This document shows, piece by piece, positions 38,049 to 48,157 of a DNA stretch of 64,000 nucleotides. This DNA is from an uncultured Spirochaetales bacterium (GTDB lineage: Bacteria > Spirochaetota > Spirochaetia > JAFGDJ01), in contig CAYPIQ010000005.1 in the NCBI GenBank assembly GCA_964410865.1, forward strand, positions 7,037 through 71,036, read 5' to 3'. The translations under genes were made by a program, and so were the position numbers. The notes beneath the pieces were generated by a model. It was not told the origin of the DNA. It did no database searches and saw only the letters and a program-made list of their open reading frames with translations. Each line of letters begins with the position of its first letter. Within the stretch, counting starts at the first letter, position 1.

Positions 38049-39058
38049 TTGTTTACCCCCGCGTGAGATAGTGTGTCCATACTACCCCGGACCTTTTCCC
38101 GTTCTTCGGCAAAATCGAATCCCGTCCAGATTCCGATAGAATTCAGAATAGAATCCTGGGGATGATACGACCGGAATATTTTATAATAATAGGCCGCTTC
38201 TTTGCTGTTGATTACGGCCTTTGGATTGGTTTCCTTGATCTTCATATATTCATCATCCGATATTTCCTCTTCGGCCAGTCGTTGGCCAAGGCTCTCACAT
38301 CCGGCTCCCTGGGTATATTGTACCTTAAAACGCCATAAAATATCATCAGGAAGATAGCCTGTGCCCTCAAATGCCTTCCTGAGGATCCACTTCTCTATTT
38401 TTGTCCCCTCCACCTCGCGGATTTTGAGTTCCGCCGGAATCTGCTGAGCCAGGGCGAGCATGTCCGCGTCGAGGAAAGGTACCCTCAGTTCCAGGCTGAA
38501 AAACATACCCATGCGGTCCGCCCGCTGCAGGTTGATGTTATGAAGATTCCTGATACAGCGGCGGGCTTCCTCCTGTATCCTCTCCAGGGGGAAGTTTTTC
38601 ATGTACTGATATCCGGCAAACACCTCATGATACCCGTAATAGAGGGGTTTGATACCCACGGGGTCACGGGCAAGCATGACATCCTCACCGTCTATAACTG
38701 CAAAGGCAAACATACCGTCGAGATCGTGTATGCAATCCGGTCCCTTCTGACGGTAGAGATTCAGGACAGCTTCGGTATCGGAATTGGTTTCAAAGGGTAT
38801 ACGGGATGATATATTCTTTTGAATCTCTTTGAAGTTATAGATTTCTCCATTACAAACAATGCCGGTTTTTCCATTATTTCTGACCATGGGCTGGTGCCCC
38901 CCGGCAACGTCGACAATGGATAAACGCGTGTGGCCGAGGACCCCGCCGGGGAATGTGTAGGTGCCGCGATCGTCCGGTCCACGATGGAGAAGAGCGTCGA
39001 GCATCCGGTCTATTTTTGCAACATCTTTTTTCCCGATACAACCTGCTATTCCGCACAT
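38045..39058 (-). pseudogene. Asparagine synthetase (AsnB)-like amidotransferase with a large in-frame internal deletion
   Basis: MCGIAG, HRGPD, RLSIVD, NGEIYN, RDPVGIKPLYY joined directly to EVFAGY...LQRADRM...ELRVPFLD; SGGLDS ATP-binding region absent. Confidence 0.8.
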
Positions 39059-39115
39059 ATCATTCCCCCTTGCTTCTTTTTGCGTGAACCATATACATCT
39101 GTCGGTGGAACGAAC

Positions 39116-40588
39116 TCATCCCTTGTCCGGGGATTTCAGAATTCTGTCTACCTCGGTAAAGTCTAGGTCTCCTTCGATACGGCTGCCCTGGTAGAGGACT
39201 CCCCGCCTCAGGGGTCTGCGCGCTCCTTTCATGAAGACGTTACTGCCCATCCTCGAGGTACAGGCACTTTGAATTGCTTCGAACTGCTTATCCGCGTTTT
39301 CCCGGGTATAGTCGTCCTTTTTTTCGTATATGAAGTCGATTCTCCTTACGATTTCCTGCCGTATCGAATCGTTTACCGATATACCGAAGGTAGAAAGGGA
39401 TTTTTCCGCTGAGGACGCCGCAAACCGGGGAAGCTCCTCCGGAGGGATATCCGACAGGTTTTCTTTTATCTGCCCGAGAATGATATCGTCTATCACGTAC
39501 TGTTCGGGGCTCACCGTCATAACCTGTTCCAGCATACCCAGGGCGCTGTTGATATAATGGGCTCCGGTGGCTCCTTCGAATATCCAGCTCAGGGTCTTTT
39601 CCGCAATACCCTGGGCGGTGGGTTCCTTTTCGTCCGAAACAGCTGCCGTCCCGCAGCAGGGAATGCCGTAGTAGCGACACATTTCGGCTGCCAGGGCTAC
39701 CCGCCGGATACTGTCCGGCCGGCACCAGCGGGGGGATCCGTCGTGCAGCAGGTCGGAGGTGATGGGTATGCCCCGGTAAAAGACTTTTGCCCCCGGATGA
39801 ACGGCGTTGGCCAGAACGAAACCCGTGAGTACCTCGGCGTTGACCTGGGCCAGTTCGCCCAGTTCGGAGAGGGGGGCTGTGGCGCCGCCCTGGGGGCAGC
39901 TTGAAATACATACCGTCATGTCGTGCCCGGCAATTGCTTCCAGCTTGTCGGCCGCACCGTAGTCTATGGAAAGCGGGCTTACCACCAGGCAAACGATAAA
40001 AGAAAGGAGGTCCTTGTTACCGACAATATCGATGATGTCGTCGAGCTTTTCCGGTTTGACAAGGTTTGCCAGGTTTATCGGTTTTGTCGTATTCTCAGCA
40101 AAGATCTTCATCTTCTCCACGTCCATGACCTCGGCATCGACCTGCGGCTCCACGGGACGGGTTACAAAATCGACATTGGGAAGCCTTTCGCAGAGGCGTA
40201 AAATGTTCCTGAGGTCTTCGCCGTCCGCCGATTTTCGGACGAATTTTCCGTCCTTCCGGCTTAGTACATAAAGGGCCTGGCCGCCGGTTCCGTAGTTAAT
40301 GGCACTGGCTGAGGATTCCACGGTGAAAGAGAACCCCTCGTCCAGTGCGGGAAAGTGGACCGTTTTCGCCGTGAGGTCCAGGGTTTTCCGTACCGTGCCC
40401 CCGGGTACTAGGACCCGGTCTTCTTTAACCTCACATCCGGCCTGGGTAAGATATTCGATGGTCCGTTTGTTCTTTACCTTTACCCCGACTTCCGAGAGGA
40501 TCCTCATGGATGTTTCATGAATAAGGTCCTTTTCTTCCTTCGTTAAAAGAGAAAATGGCCGTACACTGTATGGCGTTTTCATCATCAA
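39116..40588 (-). CDS. MttB-superfamily (non-pyrrolysine) methyltransferase, divergent paralogue 1
   Basis: IHETSMRILSEVGV, YGTGG, VSPL, GATAPLS..GELAQ.NAEVL, LGMLE...SPEQYVIDD; Lys at the Pyl-equivalent position (GIAEKT). Confidence 0.85.
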   Translation of the reverse strand: MMMKTPYSVRPFSLLTKEEKDLIHETSMRILSEVGVKVKNKRTIEYLTQAGCEVKEDRVLVPGGTVRKTLDLTAKTVHFPALDEGFSFTVESSASAINYGTGGQALYVLSRKDGKFVRKSADGEDLRNILRLCERLPNVDFVTRPVEPQVDAEVMDVEKMKIFAENTTKPINLANLVKPEKLDDIIDIVGNKDLLSFIVCLVVSPLSIDYGAADKLEAIAGHDMTVCISSCPQGGATAPLSELGELAQVNAEVLTGFVLANAVHPGAKVFYRGIPITSDLLHDGSPRWCRPDSIRRVALAAEMCRYYGIPCCGTAAVSDEKEPTAQGIAEKTLSWIFEGATGAHYINSALGMLEQVMTVSPEQYVIDDIILGQIKENLSDIPPEELPRFAASSAEKSLSTFGISVNDSIRQEIVRRIDFIYEKKDDYTRENADKQFEAIQSACTSRMGSNVFMKGARRPLRRGVLYQGSRIEGDLDFTEVDRILKSPDKG

Positions 40589-40600
40589 TCCCCCGTTTTC

Positions 40601-41284
40601 TCAGACGGCTTTCCGGTAACTGTTCAGCTTCTCTACCGCCTCGAAGGCGTCGTGACAGTGAGCGTCGGCTCCAATCTTTTCTGCAAATTCCGGGGATGTT
40701 GGTGCGCCGCCGATGAATATCTTGATGTCCTTAAAACCGGATTTTCTGATTTCCCGGATGATGTGTTCCATCTCCGTCATTGTCGTGGTAAGGAGGGACG
40801 AGAGGCCGACATAATCCGGCTTGTATTCCTCTATCGTTTTCAGGATGTCTTCCGCCGAAACATCGATACCCATGTCCTTTACTTGATAGCCTGCCCCTTT
40901 CAGCATGGTGCCGACAATGTTCTTGCCGAGGTCGTGGAGGTCTCCCTTTACCGTGGCAATAAGGAATTTGCCTTTTTTCTGTTCATTCCCCCTGGCCAGG
41001 TGGGGTTCCACGATATCCATGGCTTCGCCTACGCATTCGGCCCCGGCGAGCATGTCCGGGAGGAGGAACTCTCCTTCTTCGTATTTCTGCCCGACCACAT
41101 CCATGGCGCTGTTAAAGGCGGTGAGAATATCTTCGGCCTTTACACCGTTTTCCAGCGCTTCTTCCACCAGTTCCACCGTTCCGGGCTGTCCCTCCATCTC
41201 GCCGTCGAAACCTTCGTCCGTTGCATCCAGGTGTCCCATAATTATGGCGTTCTGGATTTTTGCTAACATATCTTCCTTATTCAT
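40601..41284 (-). CDS. Cobalamin-binding (corrinoid) methyl-carrier protein
   Basis: MDVVGQKYE.GE..LP.ML, TVKGDLHDLGKNIV, SSLLTTTM, IGGAP; start ATG 41284. Confidence 0.93.
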   Translation of the reverse strand: MNKEDMLAKIQNAIIMGHLDATDEGFDGEMEGQPGTVELVEEALENGVKAEDILTAFNSAMDVVGQKYEEGEFLLPDMLAGAECVGEAMDIVEPHLARGNEQKKGKFLIATVKGDLHDLGKNIVGTMLKGAGYQVKDMGIDVSAEDILKTIEEYKPDYVGLSSLLTTTMTEMEHIIREIRKSGFKDIKIFIGGAPTSPEFAEKIGADAHCHDAFEAVEKLNSYRKAV

Positions 41285-41291
41285 TGCTCTT

Positions 41292-42845
41292 TTACCTTCC
41301 TTCTGTTTCAAAAAAATTATTCAGTTCCAGTAATCCGGGCACTTCCCGGTACATCTCTTCTATTGTTTCCTGTGGAAGGATTTCTCCGGGTCCCCGGAGT
41401 ATCTCTTCCAGTTTTTCCTGAGCCCTGATAAGTACATTGTCCGTGTCGGCATCCTCGGCAAAGGCGTAGGCATCAGATACCACACCCCTGCGCAGTTGTT
41501 TTCGTATGCCCCGGGCAAAGATTCCGGAAGAAGCGGTGATCTTCCTGATTTCGTTCAGGGCTGCTTCCGTGTCTTCCGTGTCAAAGCGGGGAAGGCGCAG
41601 CACATTTTTCAGCATGCCCAGGGTTGCGTTGTCCAGCACGGCCTGGAGGGGTGAGAACAAATTGGTCCGTTCCAGGAGCCCCAGGGCGTAATGGATATAC
41701 TGGGGTCCGGCGGAAGCAACCCCCATGAGTACGGGTACTTTTTCCATCAGGGCCTGCATGCCGGGGCGTTTGGCGTCTCCCACCCCTGCGCTCGAATAGC
41801 AGGGAATCCCGTAGTACCTGGCCATCTGGGCGCAGTCCATATTATAGTGGATAAACTCGGGGGCGCCATAGAAATCGTGAAGATTATCAGTCCGTGCCCT
41901 TACCGGAACAGCACCGTACAGTACGGGAGCCCCAGGCCGGACTATCTGGGTAAGGACGATATTGGCAATGATTTCCGCGTTTATCTGCATGACAATGCCC
42001 TCTTCCTGCACCGGTGCGGTGGAGCCGCCCTGGGGGGAGGAGGAGAGCACCAGGGGTAACCCGGTTTTTACCAGTTCCACAACCTTTTCCGATGTATCCT
42101 TTACCATCTGCAGGGGGCTCTTGATGGGACAGGCAATGAATGAAATAAGGGGGTTTTTCTGTAATGCTTCCTTACCCCCGGCTAGGATTTCCGCCAGTTT
42201 CATGACATGACCCAGTTTCTTTATGTCGGTGATGCCGGCTTGCACATGTTTCGTCATGTACAAAAGAGAGGCGAAGAACACATTTACGTCTTTATTCTCT
42301 TCTCGAATTGCTTCATCCTGAGGATTCACATTTCTGATGAAAAAATCCACATGATCAAGGGAGTTGCAGATCCGGGCCGAACGGGCCAGTTTTGCTATAC
42401 TGCCCCTTGTTTCCGAATAGACCGGGCAGGTAATGGTGTGTTCCGGGGTTTCCACGGACCTGAATTGTTCCAGGTGGGATTCGAGAAATATATTTGTCTC
42501 GGAACCTGTTCCGAAATATACGTAGGGTCTCGCCGAGTCCAGCGTCAGGGCGTTGGACGGATTCCTGGCACCCAGCACGATGTTTGAAGGCACGGAATCA
42601 AGGGCGTTTCGGATAACCTTGTCCGGTATCCTGACCGTCCAGGATTTCTTCGACTCTTTGGGCTCAACAGTACATCCGGCATCCCGGTATATACCGGCCA
42701 CCGGCTCAGAGAAGCAGGTTATCCCCGGGTCGGCTAACAGTTCCCTCGACCTCCTGTCCAGGTCCTGAAGGCTTTCCTTTGAAAGCCGTTCTACCGGTGC
42801 TACCTCCAGGCCGGGCTTGAATGTTCTTTCTTCTGTTTCATTCAT
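41292..42845 (-). CDS. MttB-superfamily (non-pyrrolysine) methyltransferase, divergent paralogue 2
   Basis: FGTGSE, SPLQ, GGSTAPV, QINAE, YGAPE, MARYYGIP, ALGLLE; Lys at the Pyl-equivalent position (LMEKV). Confidence 0.85.
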   Translation of the reverse strand: MNETEERTFKPGLEVAPVERLSKESLQDLDRRSRELLADPGITCFSEPVAGIYRDAGCTVEPKESKKSWTVRIPDKVIRNALDSVPSNIVLGARNPSNALTLDSARPYVYFGTGSETNIFLESHLEQFRSVETPEHTITCPVYSETRGSIAKLARSARICNSLDHVDFFIRNVNPQDEAIREENKDVNVFFASLLYMTKHVQAGITDIKKLGHVMKLAEILAGGKEALQKNPLISFIACPIKSPLQMVKDTSEKVVELVKTGLPLVLSSSPQGGSTAPVQEEGIVMQINAEIIANIVLTQIVRPGAPVLYGAVPVRARTDNLHDFYGAPEFIHYNMDCAQMARYYGIPCYSSAGVGDAKRPGMQALMEKVPVLMGVASAGPQYIHYALGLLERTNLFSPLQAVLDNATLGMLKNVLRLPRFDTEDTEAALNEIRKITASSGIFARGIRKQLRRGVVSDAYAFAEDADTDNVLIRAQEKLEEILRGPGEILPQETIEEMYREVPGLLELNNFFETEGR

Positions 42846-42862
42846 AATAATCCACCTTGTCC

Positions 42863-43678
42863 TTACGCGTCGAAGAGGCCGGACCTGTAAGCCCTGGAAA
42901 ACGAACGGCAGAAACGGTCGTTCCCCGCGATGAGTTCACCCAGTACCACGGCCTGCTTGAGCAGCGGCTTCCTGGGGTCACAGATGGCCGAATCGAGTCC
43001 GTATGTAATGGCAATGGAAAGGAAGGTACTGTTGATGTGTAACCGTTTTTTAAGGCCGTGAGAAACATTGGAGAGTCCCATGGTGGTTTTTACCTTCGGG
43101 TATTTCTCCTTTATTCCCTGGATCGTATGAAAGGTTACCATTCCCTGGGTAATATCCGCGGATATGGGCAGCGCCAGGGGGTCGAAGAAGAGGTTCCGGT
43201 CTTCTATTCCCCTGGAGGCTGCTTCATCCCGGATGTGTGAACAAATCTCTATTCGTTTGTCGGCATCGGGGGGTATACCGTCTTTATCCATGGCCAGGGC
43301 AATGAGGGGGACCTGGTAAGAAGAAGCCAGGTCCATGATAGCCTTCATGTCGTCGGAAAAGTCTCCCTTGATGGAATTCAGCATCCAGTCTCTCCGGTTA
43401 TCAAGATGGGCGGCCGCCTTTTTGAGGACCTCTGGTCCGGAGGCGTCGAGGACGAGCTTTTTCCGGGTGCACTCCAGGGCTATATCTATAAGCCGGCAGA
43501 GGTCGTCGATTTCCCTCTGCTCGTCCCCCATACCGGTACCGGCATTCAGGTCAATATAGTGAGCTCCGGCTTCGTCCTGGCTCTTGATCTGCGAGATAAT
43601 GGCGTCTTTGTCCTTTTCCAGAATCGCCTTTTTAATACTCTTTCGCGTTGCGTTAATGCATTCACCGATAATAATCAT
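42863..43678 (-). CDS. Methyltetrahydrofolate:corrinoid methyltransferase (pterin-binding, AcsE-like)
   Basis: IIGECINATRK, IDLNAG, LDAS, LNSI, FFDPL, GLSNVSHG, LDSAICDP. Confidence 0.92.
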   Translation of the reverse strand: MIIIGECINATRKSIKKAILEKDKDAIISQIKSQDEAGAHYIDLNAGTGMGDEQREIDDLCRLIDIALECTRKKLVLDASGPEVLKKAAAHLDNRRDWMLNSIKGDFSDDMKAIMDLASSYQVPLIALAMDKDGIPPDADKRIEICSHIRDEAASRGIEDRNLFFDPLALPISADITQGMVTFHTIQGIKEKYPKVKTTMGLSNVSHGLKKRLHINSTFLSIAITYGLDSAICDPRKPLLKQAVVLGELIAGNDRFCRSFSRAYRSGLFDA

Positions 43679-43712
43679 ACCAAATCTTATCCTTACAATG
43701 TATATTCTTCAT

Positions 43713-45143
43713 TTATGATAACGGCCCCCAGGTTTTCTTGATCCGATCCTGCAGTTCCCGGTCGAGGTAGCAGCGTTCTTCGCTTTCAAGAATTTCCTTT
43801 ACCTTTGCATGGGCCCTTTCCTGGGCGGAGAGAGAGCCGTTTTTCTCCCAGACGGACCGCTGGTCCCGGTCACTCAACCGCGGATGGTAATGTTCCGTGC
43901 GCATGAACTTACGGGTATGCTGGGAGGTAAGAAAATTTCCGCCCGGCCCGGCACGCTTGATTTCCCGCACCGCCAGGGTCGTGTCGTTGACATCAATCCC
44001 GCGTATAGCCCTGTCGGCCATGCCGAGGATCTCGTTGTCGATCACGAGTTTTTCAAGACTCACGGTCATGGCGAATTCCATGAGTCCGGCGGCATCGTGA
44101 ATGAAATCCGCACCGGCCAGCCCTACGAGCAGATTGTTTATAGCCGACTCGTACCCGCACTGGGCGTCAAGGGTCTTGGAATCGCTTATGCCCGCGGTGG
44201 CGTAGTAGGGCAACCTGTAAAAATGGGTCATCTGCGCCACCGCGGCGTTTATCATACCGCTTTCCACCGGTCCGCCGAGATATCCAAGGTTTCGCAGGTC
44301 CGTGGAGGTGGATACACACCCGTATATGACCGGTGTTCCCGGGTTGACGAGCTGGGTCAGCATAACATTGATCAGGGCGTCGCAGTTCTGTATCAGGATA
44401 TTCCCTGCCAGTGACATGGGCGAGGTAGCTCCGCAGAGAGGTTCGGCCGGAACCGCCAGGGGTATTCCTTCCCGGGCAATCTGGATCATGTAGCTTCCGT
44501 ATTTGCTATCCAGTTTTAGGGGACTTATTCCGCAGGTGATCATGGATATAAAGGGCCGTCGGCGTAATTCCTCCGGAGAGCCGGCTATTTCTTCGGCCAT
44601 GCGAATCACATCGTGGATTCCCTTCGATGTATAGACGCCGCCCATTATATGTTTACCCGTATATTTGAGTCCCGTATAGAAGCGGTTTATGTCCACTACA
44701 TCGATCTCAAGATCGTTGGGATATGTCGGGAGGAGAAGCAGATGAACGTAGTCCAGCTTGTCGGTTACCCGCGTGACATGCTCCAGATCCTTTAATGTTG
44801 CCGGCCTTCTCGTATCACCGGGAAAGTCCAGGATATTCAAGGCTGTTCCCCCGGTGCCGTAATAAACGTTTCCGGAGCCGAGTCTGCACTCCCGGCCATC
44901 TTCCAGGCCGTAAAGGGTGATTTTTTCGGGGGCCTTGTCGATCAATTCACGTACCGTTGATTCAGAAAGATGGACAATGCGTTTTTCCGTGTCCACCTTT
45001 GCGGCTACCTTACTGAAGAGTTCCCAGGCTTCCTTTTCGTGGACTTCGAATCCGGTTTCCGACAGGATATCCATTGTCGCAGCATCGATGTTGCGTATTT
45101 CCCGGTCGCTTAGTGGTTTGTACTGATGAATTCGTTTCTCCAT
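43713..45143 (-). CDS. MttB-superfamily (non-pyrrolysine) methyltransferase, paralogue 3
   Basis: ISPL, GATSPMSLAG, PGTPVIYG, SDSKTLDAQCGYESA, HDAAGLME...SLEKLVIDNE; Ser at the Pyl-equivalent position. Confidence 0.9.
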   Translation of the reverse strand: MEKRIHQYKPLSDREIRNIDAATMDILSETGFEVHEKEAWELFSKVAAKVDTEKRIVHLSESTVRELIDKAPEKITLYGLEDGRECRLGSGNVYYGTGGTALNILDFPGDTRRPATLKDLEHVTRVTDKLDYVHLLLLPTYPNDLEIDVVDINRFYTGLKYTGKHIMGGVYTSKGIHDVIRMAEEIAGSPEELRRRPFISMITCGISPLKLDSKYGSYMIQIAREGIPLAVPAEPLCGATSPMSLAGNILIQNCDALINVMLTQLVNPGTPVIYGCVSTSTDLRNLGYLGGPVESGMINAAVAQMTHFYRLPYYATAGISDSKTLDAQCGYESAINNLLVGLAGADFIHDAAGLMEFAMTVSLEKLVIDNEILGMADRAIRGIDVNDTTLAVREIKRAGPGGNFLTSQHTRKFMRTEHYHPRLSDRDQRSVWEKNGSLSAQERAHAKVKEILESEERCYLDRELQDRIKKTWGPLS

Positions 45144-45159
45144 ATGTGTCTTCCTTCTC

Positions 45160-45230
45160 TATTAGCTGCTCATGCCGCCGCGCGGCAACCGAAAGGATGA
45201 AAATAGGCGGACACCGCCATTTTCGTATTA
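45160..45230 (-). repeat. MITE-like double-hairpin repeat, copy 2
   Basis: Near-identical to copy 1; TA at both ends. Confidence 0.85.
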
Positions 45231-45243
45231 TCTGTTAAATAAA

Positions 45244-45957
45244 TTAGTAAACGGGTTCAAACAGGGATGATGTGCGTCGGAAGGGGCATCGAGTTTTTCC
45301 GCAGGATAAACATGCGTTTCCTTCTTCACGAATCACATCTTCTTCTCCAACTCCCAGTACCGCCGTGATGGATTTTCTGGGATTCATAAGGCATGACTCA
45401 TTCAGTGTCAGACCGATGCGGTCGGTTGAGAGAAATCTGAATACATGCTTTTGTTGACTGACGTGCCAGTCACAGTACCCGGGGCTGTAACGGTGTGTCA
45501 CAATATACTCGGGTAGTGCTTCATAATATAAGCGGGTATGAAGGGTATCCATGCAGCTCTCCACCGCTACGGAAGCTACCGTATCGAGTACCAGCCTGTC
45601 CCCGGTGGTCAGATCCGGGTTGTGAAGGATATCGTCTACATCCGGCCCGAGGGTTACCGCAAATACAACGGCATAGGAGGCATTACGGAGAACCGATGAT
45701 ATTTTCCTGCTTTTTACCGGAAAATCGAGGTCGTCGAGGTACATGCCCGTCTCATCGGACAAAATAGAGGCATATCTCCACATACCGCGAGGGTCGGCCG
45801 CCTTTCTGATTTCGGACACAGCGTCGTCGACCATTTTTCTCAGCCGGACGGATACGGTGGCGTTGTCTCCCCCTAATTTTTTGTACACTATACTATTTAA
45901 TAGTTCGTAGGCTAATATATTAGTTGTCTGTATACGTTTCTTTTCAAGAACTAACAA
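45244..45957 (-). CDS. Stand-alone methionine synthase activation-domain-like protein
   Basis: FAVTLG, RYSPGYCDW, IGLTL.ESCLM.PRKSITAVLG, C-terminal CxxC...C; TTG start uncertain. Confidence 0.82.
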   Translation of the reverse strand: MLVLEKKRIQTTNILAYELLNSIVYKKLGGDNATVSVRLRKMVDDAVSEIRKAADPRGMWRYASILSDETGMYLDDLDFPVKSRKISSVLRNASYAVVFAVTLGPDVDDILHNPDLTTGDRLVLDTVASVAVESCMDTLHTRLYYEALPEYIVTHRYSPGYCDWHVSQQKHVFRFLSTDRIGLTLNESCLMNPRKSITAVLGVGEEDVIREEGNACLSCGKTRCPFRRTSSLFEPVY

Positions 45958-46172
45958 GAATCATTCTCCTTTTTGTTGAAAAAATACTAGTAAGTATATA
46001 TAATATAAGTAATTATTAGCTTACTCGTATATAAATAACAAGCAAACCTCATTATTTGATACATTATGCTTTCTGAAGTTAAAAATAATATTTAGTTCAA
46101 TAACAAACATCAGTTCTATTTATTTAGACATCTAATCAATTATTTGTCAAGAGGACGTGGAAAAAATAAAGA

Positions 46173-47942
46173 TTATTTTTTCAAGCTCCTCACCCATAGA
46201 ATGGTACGGATAAGTATGTAAATACTGATGAGAGAGAGGCCGATGGCCAGAATGTAGAGCACAATGTCGGTCATAGTACCGGCGGCACCACCCAGGGGAG
46301 GCCAGGCCTTCTGGACATCAGAACCGGTTTTGACCAGAACGGCGATCAAGAGCAATACGACCGCACTGCCTAGGATAACCAGGTCCGTATTTTTGACCCT
46401 GGCCGGTTTTTCTTTACTCTCGAATATTTCCCTGAAGACAGGTCCGATTCTTTCCGGCCTGTAAGGGGCGACCCAGCTCATGAGAAGGTATATCACGAAT
46501 CCTATGGCCAGCCCGATAAAGATAGCAGGAACACCCCCGATGCCGGCTCCGTTGAATACCGCCATACCGCCTCCGGAATAGAATACCAGCGCCAGGGTTA
46601 CGCCTCCGCTTATAAGACAGCCCCAGAACGCCGCGGCTTCCGTCATTCTCTTCCAGTAGGTAGATAGAAGAATCAGCGGGGACACCGCCGCGCAGAGGAC
46701 GATTTGGGCGGTAATGGCAGTGGCGAAAACACCGGCGTTGCGTACGGAGGGCGCAAAACTCAAGGCTGCAAGGGCTACCACCGGGATCATGATACGTATA
46801 AACCGAATCATCTGCCGGTCGTCGGCATCCTTTTTTATAAACTGCTTGTATATGTTCTTGGTAATAATGGCCGCCGTGGCATTCAGGTAGGTAGAGACGG
46901 TACTCATAACTGCAGCGGTAATGGCCGTAACAAAGATGGCCATTCCGATACCCGGCATGGCGGTATTGGCTATGAGTAGAATAATGGAATCGGTAACCTG
47001 GATGCCGGGGAAGAGTTGTCCGCCCATGACACCCATGGCAACCATGATACAGGCCCACAGGGTAACAATGAGCAAAAATCCCAGACTGGCTTTGCGGCCT
47101 TCCAGCGGGTTCTTGGCTGCAAGCATTCGCTGCATAAAACCAAGATCTATAGGAATCCACAGAGAACCGGCCAAGCCCATGGCGATGAGCGAGATAGGTG
47201 TTACCCCTGCAAAGGACGGCAGAGAGAACAAGTCCGTATACCCAGGCCAGACGTTGGCTCCCTCCACCGGAGTATAACCGGTATTGCCAAGGAGGGCACC
47301 GAAGAATTCGGAGAAGGTCCCGAATTTGCTGAAGACCGCGGGAACCAGGAAGGCCGTGCCGAAGATGATTATCAGCCACTGGATAGTGTCGGTGAATACG
47401 ACCCCGTTCAAGCCTCCCATCATGCAGTAAAAAACCGTTATGACACCCACGATGAGAATTGCCGGCCACATGGGTATCCCGAACACAGTCTCTATCACCA
47501 GAGCACCACCGAAGAAGCAGATGGCCGTAGAGACGACACCCCAGGCGATCTGCCAGATCGCCAGCAGAATCGTGGTCCTACCCGAACCCGGATACCGCGC
47601 CTGGGCCAGGTCGACGATGGTGTCGAAGTTGAGGTGCCGGTAGCGGGACCCGAGCCTGACGAGGAGCGGATAGATGAAGATGTTCACCAGGATGAAGAAC
47701 CAGATCATGGGGGACAGACCCAGGGCGTAACTGGTGCCGGCTATGCCCAGAGTCTGCTGGGCATTAGCCAGGGTGGCCAGCATGGTCATGGCAATGACGA
47801 ACCACGGGATGCCCCGGTTGCCCAGGATGAAGTCGGCGAAATTATTTACCCGGTTTTTGAAATAGAAGCCAAGGTAGAACATGAATGCGAGATACACGCC
47901 CAGAACGATTAGTACAAGGGTAGAATTGAATTCCATGTTCAT
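46173..47942 (-). CDS. Sodium:solute symporter family transporter
   Basis: DFILGNR.IPW, MGGLNGVVFTDTIQ, MQRMLAAK, AAVMSTVSTYLN. Confidence 0.92.
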   Translation of the reverse strand: MNMEFNSTLVLIVLGVYLAFMFYLGFYFKNRVNNFADFILGNRGIPWFVIAMTMLATLANAQQTLGIAGTSYALGLSPMIWFFILVNIFIYPLLVRLGSRYRHLNFDTIVDLAQARYPGSGRTTILLAIWQIAWGVVSTAICFFGGALVIETVFGIPMWPAILIVGVITVFYCMMGGLNGVVFTDTIQWLIIIFGTAFLVPAVFSKFGTFSEFFGALLGNTGYTPVEGANVWPGYTDLFSLPSFAGVTPISLIAMGLAGSLWIPIDLGFMQRMLAAKNPLEGRKASLGFLLIVTLWACIMVAMGVMGGQLFPGIQVTDSIILLIANTAMPGIGMAIFVTAITAAVMSTVSTYLNATAAIITKNIYKQFIKKDADDRQMIRFIRIMIPVVALAALSFAPSVRNAGVFATAITAQIVLCAAVSPLILLSTYWKRMTEAAAFWGCLISGGVTLALVFYSGGGMAVFNGAGIGGVPAIFIGLAIGFVIYLLMSWVAPYRPERIGPVFREIFESKEKPARVKNTDLVILGSAVVLLLIAVLVKTGSDVQKAWPPLGGAAGTMTDIVLYILAIGLSLISIYILIRTILWVRSLKK

Positions 47943-47957
47943 TCCTCCTAAAAAAGA

Positions 47958-47967
47958 TTGTATACAA
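47958..47967. promoter_or_regulatory. GntR-type palindromic operator candidate
   Basis: Perfect palindrome TTGTATACAA, 15 nt upstream of the symporter start. Confidence 0.35.
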
Positions 47968-48104
47968 GGTTATATCATGAGTTGTGAACAGGAGACAACT
48001 TTTTTTTTACAGCAATGTAACATGTTCTTTGAGATGTTGGTTTTAAAAGACGGGAATTGCCGATTTTGGCCTGTTTCAGCTCTCTTTTTCTGAATTTTGG
48101 CAAA

Positions 48105-48131
48105 GTTGGTTTAAGGGTACCTGAATAGTTA
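48105..48131 (+). mobile_element. IS66-like terminal stub
   Basis: GGGTACCTGAATAGTTA resembles IS66-family right ends (..CTGAATAGTTAC). Confidence 0.3.
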
Positions 48132-48157
48132 TTCCGGCGTTTCTACAACCGCTCAAA

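Noticed and set aside
39116-45143. Pyrrolysine recoding in the MttB genes
   Set aside because: All three ORFs are open without an in-frame TAG; Lys, Lys and Ser occupy the equivalent site; no pyl genes seen.
45958-46172. Cobalamin or SAM riboswitch upstream of the B12/methyl genes
   Set aside because: Region is extremely AT-rich with no B12-box or S-box consensus visible.
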